From Paracoccaceae bacterium (lineage in GTDB: Bacteria > Pseudomonadota > Alphaproteobacteria > Rhodobacterales > Rhodobacteraceae): a stretch of DNA of 47,019 nt. Location: positions 1 to 47,019 of the forward strand of contig JBLHUT010000001.1 of NCBI GenBank assembly GCA_047629975.1, in the 5' to 3' direction. This document shows positions 39,032 through 47,019 of the stretch, piece after piece. The notes beneath the pieces were generated by a model. It ran no database searches. It saw only the letters and a program-made list of their open reading frames with translations, and was not told the DNA's origin. The position numbers and the translations under genes are program-made. Numbering within the stretch: position 1 is the stretch's first letter; the number at the start of each line of letters is the position of its first letter.

Positions 39032-39271
39032 TCAGAACGCTTTGAACGTGAGGGTGGTTAGCGAGCGCTCGATCGACGGGATATCCAGCAGACGTTCGTT
39101 GATATAATGGCCGATGTCTTCGGATTCGGGGATGTACATCTTGAGCAACAGATCCCAGTCCCCGCTGGTGGAATACAGCTCCGAGTGGACTTCCTTCAAT
39201 ACGATGGCATCTGCAACCTGATAGGTTGTGCCAGGCTTGCAGCGGATCTGAACGAAAACGCACTGTGTCAT
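39032..39271 (-). CDS. stand-alone Lrp/AsnC-type ligand-binding (RAM) domain protein, no HTH
   Basis: 79 aa from ATG 39271, with AAAGGA upstream (GTG 39274 is also possible). The beta-alpha-beta-beta-alpha-beta RAM pattern is visible: VFVQIRCKPG...VADAI..L.EV.ELYSTSGDWDLLLKM........YINERL..IP.I.RS.T. Only 57 nt separate it from the kynU stop, which leaves no room for an HTH domain. Confidence 0.8.
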   Translation of the reverse strand: MTQCVFVQIRCKPGTTYQVADAIVLKEVHSELYSTSGDWDLLLKMYIPESEDIGHYINERLLDIPSIERSLTTLTFKAF

Positions 39272-39331
39272 CACGGGTCCTTTGTTTGAGCCACGACCCT
39301 AGAGCCGGACCGCCGTCTGGGCAAGCACGGA

Positions 39332-40522
39332 CTAGGTAACCGCGGCGCGCACGCGAAAGGCGGGCATATCCCACGCGCGGGTCGCCACAATATCGGCCAG
39401 CGTGGCGACGGCGTGATCGATGCAGGTCTCGTCATTGTAAAGCGGGGCAATCCCGAACCGTACAAGGTCGGGTGCGCGGAAATCCCCGATGACGCCACGC
39501 GAAATCAGTGCCTGCATCAAGGCGTAGCCGTCTGTAAACCGGAAAGAAACCTGACTGCCACGCAGCGCCGCCTCGCGCGGGCTGACAAGCACCAGTTCGG
39601 GGCAAGTGGCCTCGACTCCGGCGATAAACCGTTCGGAAAGGGCGACCGAGCGGCGGCGCACATCGTGCAGATCAACCGCGTCCCAGATATCCAGCGCCGA
39701 TTCAAGTGCCGCCATTTGTAGCACCGGCGGCGTGCCGATGCGCATCCGCGCAATGCCCGCGCCGGGCCTGTAGCCGGGATCAAAGGCGAAAGGATCGCTG
39801 TGGCCAAGCCACCCGGCCAATGCAGGCTGGACCGTGTCCGCCAGATCAGGACGCACGTAGATAAAGGCCGGACCACCCGGGCCGGCATTGAGGTATTTAT
39901 ACGTGCAGCCACACGCGAACTCCGCGCGGCAGGCCTCCAGCTCGACAGGAAAGGCACCGGCCGAGTGGGCCAGATCCCAGATAACGACGATGCCCTTGGC
40001 CTGTGCCAGTGCCGTGATGCGGGCCATGTCATGCCGTCGCCCCGTGCGGTAATCGACCTGCGTCAGCATCAAAACGGCGATGTCCTCGGTCAGGGCGTCC
40101 TCGATGGCGTCAGGGGCGACAGTGAGCAGCCGTTTGTCGGGCATCAGACGCAGCAGGCCCTCGGCCATGTAGAGATCGGAGGGAAAGTTACCGGTGTCGG
40201 ACAGCACAACCTTGCGCGATCCTGCCATATCAAGCGCCGCAGCCAAGGCTTGAAATACCTTGATCGACAGCGTGTCGCCCAAGGTAACAGAGCCCGCAGC
40301 CGCCCCGATCAGCCGGCTGACCCTGTCGCCAAGCACCTCTGGCTGCGCCATCCAGCCTGCCGTGTTCCACCCTTTGATCAACATCTCGCCCCATTCGGCG
40401 GTGATCGTTCGGGCGACGCGTTCGTTGGCCGCTTTCGGAAGCGGGCCCAAGGAATTGCCATCAAGATAGGTGATCCCCTCGGGAAGGCTGAAGGCGGCGC
40501 GGGTGGCGGTGAAATCGGTCAT
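39332..40522 (-). CDS. kynU: kynureninase
   Basis: 396 aa from ATG 40522. ITYLDGNSLGPLP, DLAHSAG, and the PLP-lysine motif CGCTYKYLNAGPGGPAF. The 524-aa track ORF was trimmed. Confidence 0.92.
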   Translation of the reverse strand: MTDFTATRAAFSLPEGITYLDGNSLGPLPKAANERVARTITAEWGEMLIKGWNTAGWMAQPEVLGDRVSRLIGAAAGSVTLGDTLSIKVFQALAAALDMAGSRKVVLSDTGNFPSDLYMAEGLLRLMPDKRLLTVAPDAIEDALTEDIAVLMLTQVDYRTGRRHDMARITALAQAKGIVVIWDLAHSAGAFPVELEACRAEFACGCTYKYLNAGPGGPAFIYVRPDLADTVQPALAGWLGHSDPFAFDPGYRPGAGIARMRIGTPPVLQMAALESALDIWDAVDLHDVRRRSVALSERFIAGVEATCPELVLVSPREAALRGSQVSFRFTDGYALMQALISRGVIGDFRAPDLVRFGIAPLYNDETCIDHAVATLADIVATRAWDMPAFRVRAAVT

Positions 40523-40590
40523 TGCATATTTCCTCGTTGGCCTGTCCAATCTACCTGATTGAAGCGGGAACACCAGAGAGGGCACGGGCC

Positions 40591-41397
40591 ATGGAAATGG
40601 ATTGGGACGACGCATTTGACAATTCGGGCTATGTTGCGGGGTCTCAACTTTTGCCGGCGAAGTGGTCCGCCGAGGCAGAGGTGTTTCGCGCGGGTCTGGG
40701 CGACAGGGCCGAAGTTGATATTGCGTACGGCGCGCATCCACGCGCGCGGCTTGACCTGTTTCACCCCGAAGGTACACCGCTGGGGTTGGTTGTTTTTGTG
40801 CACGGCGGATACTGGATGCGTCACGAGCGGCATTTCTGGTCGGCCTTCGCGGGGGGGGCACTTGCGCTGGGCTGGGCCGTTGCCGTGCCCGGATATCCGC
40901 TGGCACCTGAGACGCGGATGACCGCGATCACACAGCATGTGGGGGCGGCAATCACCTGTGCGGCCGGAAAAATCGCGGGGCCGATCCGTTTGACGGGGCA
41001 TTCAGCGGGTGGTCATCTGGTGAGCCGGATGGCCTGTGCGCCCGGGCCGCTTGCGGCAGATGTGCTTGACCGGCTGGAGCATGTGGTGTCGATCAGCGGC
41101 TTGCATGATTTGCGCCCGATGCTAAAGGCTGCGGGCATGAATGCCACCCTGCGCATGACGCCGGAAGAGGCGGCTGCCGAAAGCCCTGTTCTGCACACAC
41201 CGCGCGCCGGTTTGAAGGTAACCGCATGGGTCGGGGCAGACGAACGACCTGAACTGGTGCGACAGAGCCATCTGTTGGCGCAGGCATGGCCCGGAACGAT
41301 TGTCACCGAAGACCCCGGACGGGATCATTTCAATGTGATCGACGGGTTGCGCAGCCCTTTCAGCCCTCTGACACAAACATTGCTCGGGGCTGTCTGA
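40591..41397 (+). CDS. alpha/beta hydrolase divergent from kynU (candidate arylformamidase / N-formylkynurenine formamidase)
   Basis: 268 aa from ATG 40591. Oxyanion motif VFVHGGYW, nucleophile elbow GHSAGGH, and a C-terminal DHF. The start is 68 nt from the kynU start on the opposite strand. Confidence 0.85.
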   Translation: MEMDWDDAFDNSGYVAGSQLLPAKWSAEAEVFRAGLGDRAEVDIAYGAHPRARLDLFHPEGTPLGLVVFVHGGYWMRHERHFWSAFAGGALALGWAVAVPGYPLAPETRMTAITQHVGAAITCAAGKIAGPIRLTGHSAGGHLVSRMACAPGPLAADVLDRLEHVVSISGLHDLRPMLKAAGMNATLRMTPEEAAAESPVLHTPRAGLKVTAWVGADERPELVRQSHLLAQAWPGTIVTEDPGRDHFNVIDGLRSPFSPLTQTLLGAV

Positions 41398-41461
41398 AGC
41401 GGGGCGTGCTGGTGTCGTAATGCGCCACTAGCAAGCATCCTCGATCAGGGGCAAATCACTT

Positions 41462-41485
41462 GGTCGCGGGCGAAAGCCCGCGACC
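41462..41485. terminator. hairpin between convergent genes (alpha/beta hydrolase and SleB-like)
   Basis: Perfect 10-bp GC-rich stem GGTCGCGGGC gaaa GCCCGCGACC (41462-41471 / 41476-41485), 2 nt from the SleB-like stop. Confidence 0.6.
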
Positions 41486-41487
41486 TG

Positions 41488-42168
41488 TCATGTCTTGGCC
41501 TTGGGGCGATAGAAATAGTGGACGCCGATCTTGGCAGTGCGCGAGAAAACCTTGGCCCACCGCGGGAGAACGGATGTGGAGTGGTAATAGGTGGCGCCCT
41601 GGGTCAATTGCTTTGGGGCACCGTCGAGCATCAAACGTGCAATTTTACCGACCCGTTCATAAGCCTGCAGCTCACGGATGTTTTCGGCGTGACCATCACA
41701 AGTATAACTGAACTGGCATTGATGTTTGCGCCCTGTACCCTGATGTACGACGCCGCACACCGATGCAGGAAAGCGGGGCGATGTCACACGGTTCAGGATG
41801 ACCTCTGCCACAGCAAATTGCCCTTTGACGCTCTCGCCGCGCGCCTCGAAATACAGCGCCTCTGCCAGACATTGCCATTCGGCGGCACCTTTAGCTGCCG
41901 GCTGCTTGTCCAGCCATGTGTTCGAATACGTCACTGCCGTCACAGGATCGAGGGAGCGCGCCATCGGCCGCGGCGACACAAGTTGACGCAAGCGTTTTTC
42001 ACTGACAGAGCCGAGCGCACGTTTTTCAGTCACCAACACAGCAGAGATACGTCCATCAAGACGGGATGTCGGGTCGTTTGAACTCGAAAGAGAATCGTTT
42101 GCAAGCGCAGCATTCGCCGCGACGAGGGTCACTGCGATGCATGACCGGATGAGATACTTAAGGTTCAT
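41488..42168 (-). CDS. cell wall hydrolase, SleB/Hydrolase_2 family
   Basis: 226 aa from ATG 42168. Signal peptide MNLKYLIRSCIAVTLVAANAALA. Family motif CLAEALYFEARGES..GQFAVAEVILNRV.S..FP.SVCGVV......CQFS. The track ORF start (42312) was trimmed. Confidence 0.9.
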   Translation of the reverse strand: MNLKYLIRSCIAVTLVAANAALANDSLSSSNDPTSRLDGRISAVLVTEKRALGSVSEKRLRQLVSPRPMARSLDPVTAVTYSNTWLDKQPAAKGAAEWQCLAEALYFEARGESVKGQFAVAEVILNRVTSPRFPASVCGVVHQGTGRKHQCQFSYTCDGHAENIRELQAYERVGKIARLMLDGAPKQLTQGATYYHSTSVLPRWAKVFSRTAKIGVHYFYRPKAKT

Positions 42169-42335
42169 ATAACCCCCAATAATAGATGTCGGGCAGAATT
42201 CAACGTGCACCGTCGGATGCGGTAGCGTTAGTTTTTCGGTATGTCTACCCTGACGAAAAAATGTTAAAAAATAGCCTAAGATTTCGGCAAAATTACGCCT
42301 AATCTGACACAACCTTGCTGATCAGGCAGAAAACA

Positions 42336-44984
42336 TCAGATTTTTTCGGTGGTTTTTGAGGCTAAACGCTCGTGCAGGACGATCTGTGCTGCTGCAAGAC
42401 GCGCGACGGGCACGCGAAACGGAGAGCAAGATACGTAATCGAATCCCGCATTTCGACAAAACGCGATGGTGTCGGGGTCGCCGGCATGTTCGCCACAGAT
42501 TGACAACATTATGTCAGGGCGGGCTTGGCGGGCCCTGTCCGATCCCAGCAGCAAAAGCTCTCCGACCCCTTCGATATCAAGGGTCCGGAAGGGGTCTTCG
42601 GGAAAGACGCCTTGTGCGACGTATGTGGCCATGAACCGTCCCGCATCGTCGCGCGACAATCCATAAGTCATCTGCGTCAGATCGTTCGTGCCAAAGCTGA
42701 GAAAGTCGCAATGCGTGGCAATTTCGGTGGCTCTGAGAGCGGCGCGCGGCGTTTCGACCATCACGCCAAGCCGGTAGTCGAAAGCGACCCCCGTTTCGCG
42801 CCGCACAGCTGCGGCCACCGCGTCGACCCGTGCCTTTACCAATTCGACCTCGCGCACCGCCGATACCAGCGGGATCATGATCTCGGGCACGACAGGAGGG
42901 GTGTCCTTTGTGCTTGCCATGATTGTGGCTTCGAATATCGCGCGGGCCTGCATGTCATAGATTTCCGGCACCGTGACGCCAAGGCGCACACCGCGCAAGC
43001 CCAGCATCGGGTTGAATTCCGTCATCGCCTCGATCCGGCGCACCACATCCGACAGCGGCAGATCAAGCCCCTCGGCCATTTCACGCATGCCCGCCCGATC
43101 AGAGGGCAAAAATTCGTGCAAGGGCGGGTCAAACAGCCGTATCGTGACCGGAAGCGTTGCCATTACCTCGAACAATTCCACAAAATCAGCGCGCTGCATG
43201 GGCAGCAAACGATCCAGTGACGAGCGGCGGTCCTGTTCGGTGTCGGCGAAAATCATTTCGCGCATCACAGTCATGCGCGGGTCATCAAAGAACATGTGCT
43301 CGGTACGGCACAGCCCGATGCCCTCGGCAGCAAAGCTGCGTGCGGTGCGTGCCTCGGGGGCGGTGTCTGCATTGGCTCGCACGCCGATGTCGCGCACGTC
43401 GTCGGCCCACTGCAAAAGGGTCTGGAAGCCGTCGTCAAGCTCGGCGCCGACCATTGCCATCCGGCCGGCCAGCAAATGCCCCGATGTCCCGTCCAGTGTC
43501 ACGAGGTCGCCCTCGTGGAACACGCGCCCTTGGGGTGTCACGAGGGTCTTGTGGCGTGTCGAAAGGCGTAGCCCGCTTGCCCCCACAACGCACGGCAGGC
43601 CCAAGCCCCGCGCGATCATGGCGGCATGGCTGGTCATGCCGCCCCGTTCGGTCAAAATACCCTGGGCGGCCTGCATTCCGCGTACGTCCTCGGCGCTGGT
43701 CTCACGGCGCACCAGAATCGAGGGCTCCTCTTTGGCCGCGCTTGCCTGTGCCGCGGCCGAAGTAAAGACGAGGCGTCCGGTCGCGGCCCCCGGAGAGCCG
43801 GCAATACCGGTTGCAATCACGTCGCGCGTCGCTCCGCTGTCGATCCGTGGATGTAGCAACTCTGTCAGGGACTGCGGGGCGACCCGCAGCAAGGCCTCCT
43901 CGCGCGTGATGATGCCGTCGTTGGCAAGTGCGACTGCTGCCGCAAGCCCCGCGCGGGTGTTGCGCGGGGCGCGCAAGGCATCAAGAATGCGCAAAGTTCC
44001 GTTCTCGATGGTAAATTCGATCTCCATCTCTTCGCGCAATGCGCCGCGGCAGGTCCGTGCGGTAGCCAGCAATTGCTCATAGGCAATCGGACAACACGAT
44101 TGCAGCGACGGCCCCCGCGCATCACGTGCGATAAAAAACGCCTCTCCGGGCTGGCTGAGGGCGTCGCGAAACAGGGACTGGCGCAGGTAGCGCCCCTGAA
44201 CGACAGGCAGGCCGGTCAACGGGTCAATGAAACTGGCAACCCCCGATCCGCTTTCTCCGGGTCCGAATCCAAGTGCCATTTGCTGAACGACAAGTCCCAG
44301 GCCCGCATCCGCAGGGGCCCCTCGGGCCTGACGCAACAACCGTGCGGTCGTGGTCTGCCACGCGCGCGCCATGCTGCGCAATACTTCTGCAAGCTGTTTG
44401 GCGGGGTCCTGGGGAAACGGCTCCTCGGCTTCGGCTTCGAACAGGTCAAGCGCGCGCAGAACGGCGGCGTCGGAAATCTCCGGATCTCCAAAGATATCAG
44501 GGTCCAGTCGCGCGACATGGACGCCGTAGGCTTCGATAAACCGCAAATAGATCGCGTTGGCGGCCGGCGCGCCGTGGGTGTTGCTCAATTCAGCATGGCG
44601 CCGTGTGGTCATTCCGACATTCAGCATCGCGCGCGGCCCGCCCCAATCGCTGTGCTGTCCTGACGGGCGGACGGACACGATTGGCATTGTGCCGAACGGG
44701 CTCAGAATGGCGTTTGTGTCCGACACGTCACCGGTGGCAAGTCTGCTGACGAAATCAAAAGACAGGGCAACTGTCCGGGGCACTGCTAGATCAAGCCGGA
44801 TTAGTCGTTGCAGGCACTTTGCACGACTCCCGTGCGTGTGGGCGGTAAGTGGTGCATCGGGCGTAATCAGCGTAAACTCGGCAGTATTGGCATAAGCTGG
44901 CACGGCACATTTCCCGTCTGGATGCCGCACCATACCTGTGCGGGCGTTCGGTGCAAGCATGCGCTGCGCATTTGCCCAATGCAC
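42336..44984 (-). CDS. ppdK: pyruvate, phosphate dikinase-like PEP-utilising enzyme; start uncertain (44984 to about 44903)
   Basis: About 860-880 aa. Phospho-histidine swivel domain (TERGGMTSHAAMIARGLGLPCV), C-terminal PEP/pyruvate TIM barrel (GLCRTEHMFF...; FLSFGTNDLTQMTYG; CGEHAGDP), and a divergent N-terminal ATP-grasp region. It lies directly downstream of glyS. Confidence 0.88.
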   Translation of the reverse strand: MHWANAQRMLAPNARTGMVRHPDGKCAVPAYANTAEFTLITPDAPLTAHTHGSRAKCLQRLIRLDLAVPRTVALSFDFVSRLATGDVSDTNAILSPFGTMPIVSVRPSGQHSDWGGPRAMLNVGMTTRRHAELSNTHGAPAANAIYLRFIEAYGVHVARLDPDIFGDPEISDAAVLRALDLFEAEAEEPFPQDPAKQLAEVLRSMARAWQTTTARLLRQARGAPADAGLGLVVQQMALGFGPGESGSGVASFIDPLTGLPVVQGRYLRQSLFRDALSQPGEAFFIARDARGPSLQSCCPIAYEQLLATARTCRGALREEMEIEFTIENGTLRILDALRAPRNTRAGLAAAVALANDGIITREEALLRVAPQSLTELLHPRIDSGATRDVIATGIAGSPGAATGRLVFTSAAAQASAAKEEPSILVRRETSAEDVRGMQAAQGILTERGGMTSHAAMIARGLGLPCVVGASGLRLSTRHKTLVTPQGRVFHEGDLVTLDGTSGHLLAGRMAMVGAELDDGFQTLLQWADDVRDIGVRANADTAPEARTARSFAAEGIGLCRTEHMFFDDPRMTVMREMIFADTEQDRRSSLDRLLPMQRADFVELFEVMATLPVTIRLFDPPLHEFLPSDRAGMREMAEGLDLPLSDVVRRIEAMTEFNPMLGLRGVRLGVTVPEIYDMQARAIFEATIMASTKDTPPVVPEIMIPLVSAVREVELVKARVDAVAAAVRRETGVAFDYRLGVMVETPRAALRATEIATHCDFLSFGTNDLTQMTYGLSRDDAGRFMATYVAQGVFPEDPFRTLDIEGVGELLLLGSDRARQARPDIMLSICGEHAGDPDTIAFCRNAGFDYVSCSPFRVPVARLAAAQIVLHERLASKTTEKI

Positions 44985-45018
44985 AGCGCATGTTTCCTAG
45001 AGTGCGAGCGCGCGAATT

Positions 45019-47019
45019 CTAGCCCTCGATTTTCTCTAGATCGGCCACTTGCGTGCAGATCACCCGAATAAGGTGCAACATGTTAAGCCTGTTGCGACGG
45101 ATGATCGCGTTCTCGGCATTGACCTGAACATTTTCGAAAAAACCGTCGATCGGGGTGCGCAAGGAGGCCATGCCCGCCATGGCCGACGCGAAATCTTCGG
45201 CCTCGATGGCCGGAGAGATCGCCGCTTTGGCTGCATCAAGCGCATCGAACAGGGCAATCTCGGCGGGGTCCTCGGCGTATTTGCGGTCCGGCCCGAATTC
45301 ATAGGCGACCCCGTCTTTTTCTTCGGCCTGTCGCAGGATGTTGTTGGCCCTTTTGAACCCCTGCACAAGGTTCTCACCGTCATCGGTGGCCAGAACCCCT
45401 GCCAAGGCGCGTGCGCGGTGCACCAACAGGGTCAGATCGTCATTTCCGGGCATCGCAAGACAGGCATCGATAACATCGTGCCGGATATTCTGGTCACGCA
45501 GAAAGGTTTTGAGCCGCTCGTGCACGAACCCGAGCAGATCCTGCTCTGTTTCCATGCGCGCACCGGCAATGTCGCGCAAACCGGTGTTTGACTTGAATAT
45601 CTCCAGCAATGACAGCCGCACCCCGTTTTCCAACAGCAAACGGATGATCCCCAACGCGGCACGGCGCAGCGCGAACGGGTCTTTGCTGCCCGTGGGTTTT
45701 TCATCGATGGCCCAGAAACCGGTCAGGATGTCGATTTTGTCTGCCAGAGCAACCGCGACGGATACCGGCGCGGATGGCACGCTGTCGGACGGGCCGAGGG
45801 GGGCGTAATGCTCTGCGCATGCCGCCCCGATGGCAGGGTCCAGCCCTGCGGCATCGCTGTAGTAACGCCCCATCAGCCCCTGAAGCTCGGGAAACTCGTA
45901 AACCATTTCCGACGACAGGTCGGCCTTTGCAACACGCGCGGCTTGCCCTGCCATCTCGGCTGATGCCCCCACAAAAGGGGCCAGCGTTTCGGCAAGGGTG
46001 GCAATCCGCTCGATGCGGTCCTTCTGGCTGCCCAGTTTGTTGTGGAACGTTACATTCGCAAGGCTGTCACACCACGGTTGCATCTTGTCGTTGACCGCGA
46101 TGCGCAGGTCATTTTCCCAAAAGAACTTTGCATCCGACAGGCGCGCAAACAGAACCTTCTGATTACCGGACAGAATCGTGGCGCCGTCATCTGCTGTTTC
46201 GCGGTTGGCCACGGTCACAAAGCGCACAATCCGGCCCGAATTTGGGTCGCGCACCGAAAAGAACTTCTGATGCTCGCGCATGGAGGTCTGCAAGACTTCG
46301 GCAGGCAGCGCCATGAACGCAGGGTCGATCCGGCCCATCAACACAACAGGCCATTCGACCAACCCGGCCACCTCGGTCAGCAGGGCCTTGTCCTCGACCA
46401 GCTCCAACCCCTGCGCAAAGGCCTGATTGGCGGCATCATGCCAGATCGCTTCGGCGCGCGCGGCAGGGTCAAGCACGACATAGGCCTTTTGCAACTTTGC
46501 CGCATAATCGTCAAACCCCGTGACCTCGAAGGGGGCAGGGGCCATGAACCTGTGGCCCTCGGTACGGTTGGAAGCGGCGAAGCCCTCGATCTCGAAGGGA
46601 ACGACCTGACTGCCGGCCTCATCAGTCAGAATGCACACGATCCCCCGCAAGGGCCGGACCCAACGCAAGGTCCCCGTGCCCCACCGCATCGACTTGGGCC
46701 ACGGGAAATTGCGGATCACATCCTCCAGCACCTGTGCGACGATTTCGGCGGCAGACCGGCCCGGCTTTTCAATGATTGCAAAAAAGACGGCGCCCTTTTT
46801 ATCGTCACGCTCGCTCAGTTGCTCACGGGTCAATCCGGTGGCGCGCAAAAAACCTTCGACGGCCTTGGCGGGGGCGTCGGTGCGGGGGCCTTTGCGCTCT
46901 TCGCGCTGCATCGGGCTTTGCCCAAGCAGCCCCTCGACGGTCAACGCCAGCCGCCGCGGTGTCGAAAAGGCCGCCGCACTCGCATAGGTCAGACCGGCTT
47001 CGACCAGTCCGTTGGTTAT
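45019..47019 (-). CDS. glyS: glycine--tRNA ligase beta subunit (5' end beyond the window)
   Basis: The frame is open to base 47019 (…TNGLVEAGLTYASAAAFSTPRRLALTVEGL…). FPWPKSMRWG and the whole-length GlyS pattern are present. Stop TAG 45019-45021. Confidence 0.95.
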   Translation of the reverse strand: MTNGLVEAGLTYASAAAFSTPRRLALTVEGLLGQSPMQREERKGPRTDAPAKAVEGFLRATGLTREQLSERDDKKGAVFFAIIEKPGRSAAEIVAQVLEDVIRNFPWPKSMRWGTGTLRWVRPLRGIVCILTDEAGSQVVPFEIEGFAASNRTEGHRFMAPAPFEVTGFDDYAAKLQKAYVVLDPAARAEAIWHDAANQAFAQGLELVEDKALLTEVAGLVEWPVVLMGRIDPAFMALPAEVLQTSMREHQKFFSVRDPNSGRIVRFVTVANRETADDGATILSGNQKVLFARLSDAKFFWENDLRIAVNDKMQPWCDSLANVTFHNKLGSQKDRIERIATLAETLAPFVGASAEMAGQAARVAKADLSSEMVYEFPELQGLMGRYYSDAAGLDPAIGAACAEHYAPLGPSDSVPSAPVSVAVALADKIDILTGFWAIDEKPTGSKDPFALRRAALGIIRLLLENGVRLSLLEIFKSNTGLRDIAGARMETEQDLLGFVHERLKTFLRDQNIRHDVIDACLAMPGNDDLTLLVHRARALAGVLATDDGENLVQGFKRANNILRQAEEKDGVAYEFGPDRKYAEDPAEIALFDALDAAKAAISPAIEAEDFASAMAGMASLRTPIDGFFENVQVNAENAIIRRNRLNMLHLIRVICTQVADLEKIEG

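Noticed and set aside
39332-40906. Long N-terminal extensions in track ORFs: kynU as 524 aa, and also 8175-9302, 14846-15895, 16107-17273, 41488-42312, 28491-29843
   Set aside because: The extensions are Arg/Pro-rich and non-protein-like, overlap divergent genes, terminators or intergenic promoters, and internal starts with SD sequences give family-typical N-termini. The coordinates were trimmed accordingly.

Overview
GC-rich (about 60% by eye) chromosomal segment. Protein sequences and gene order look alphaproteobacterial, Rhodobacterales/roseobacter-like, but this is similarity by recollection, not a search. About 40 protein-coding genes are tightly packed, and most are core metabolism. In order: the 3' end of methylmalonyl-CoA mutase, a VOC/glyoxalase-like protein, a damaged TerB/DjlA-like gene, hom, a small lipoprotein, pirin, a GapR/DUF2312 nucleoid protein, and an orphan FdhC-like cytochrome b with a periplasmic WD40-cytochrome c (frame-broken) and a 41-aa membrane peptide. 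Then a BKACE-family enzyme, an oppABCDF-type peptide ABC transporter, an alpha/beta hydrolase, an AbrB-duplication membrane protein, gltD-(secreted hypothetical)-gltB, uppP, and a PAS-containing methyl-accepting chemotaxis protein preceded by a secreted sensor-like protein. Next comes a long co-directional cluster: stand-alone RAM protein, TauE/SafE, cytoplasmic sulfite-oxidase-fold enzyme, CocE/NonD hydrolase, five-component peptide-type ABC importer and a class-V PLP enzyme. The window ends with divergent kynU and an alpha/beta hydrolase, a SleB-type cell-wall hydrolase, a PPDK-like enzyme and the 3' part of glyS. I found no rRNA, tRNA, CRISPR array, transposase/integrase or recognisable defence genes. 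The long ORFs antisense to these genes are typical high-GC shadow frames. The observations most worth follow-up are the sulfur-flavoured ABC/hydrolase/PLP/SUOX/TauE cluster; the orphan cytochrome b + WD40-cytochrome c + micro-peptide module, with two homopolymer-associated frame breaks; the decayed DjlA-like gene; a 14-bp x3 intergenic tandem repeat; and an alpha/beta-hydrolase-type formamidase candidate next to kynU. No searches or computations were run, so all family calls rest on motifs read directly from the translations.
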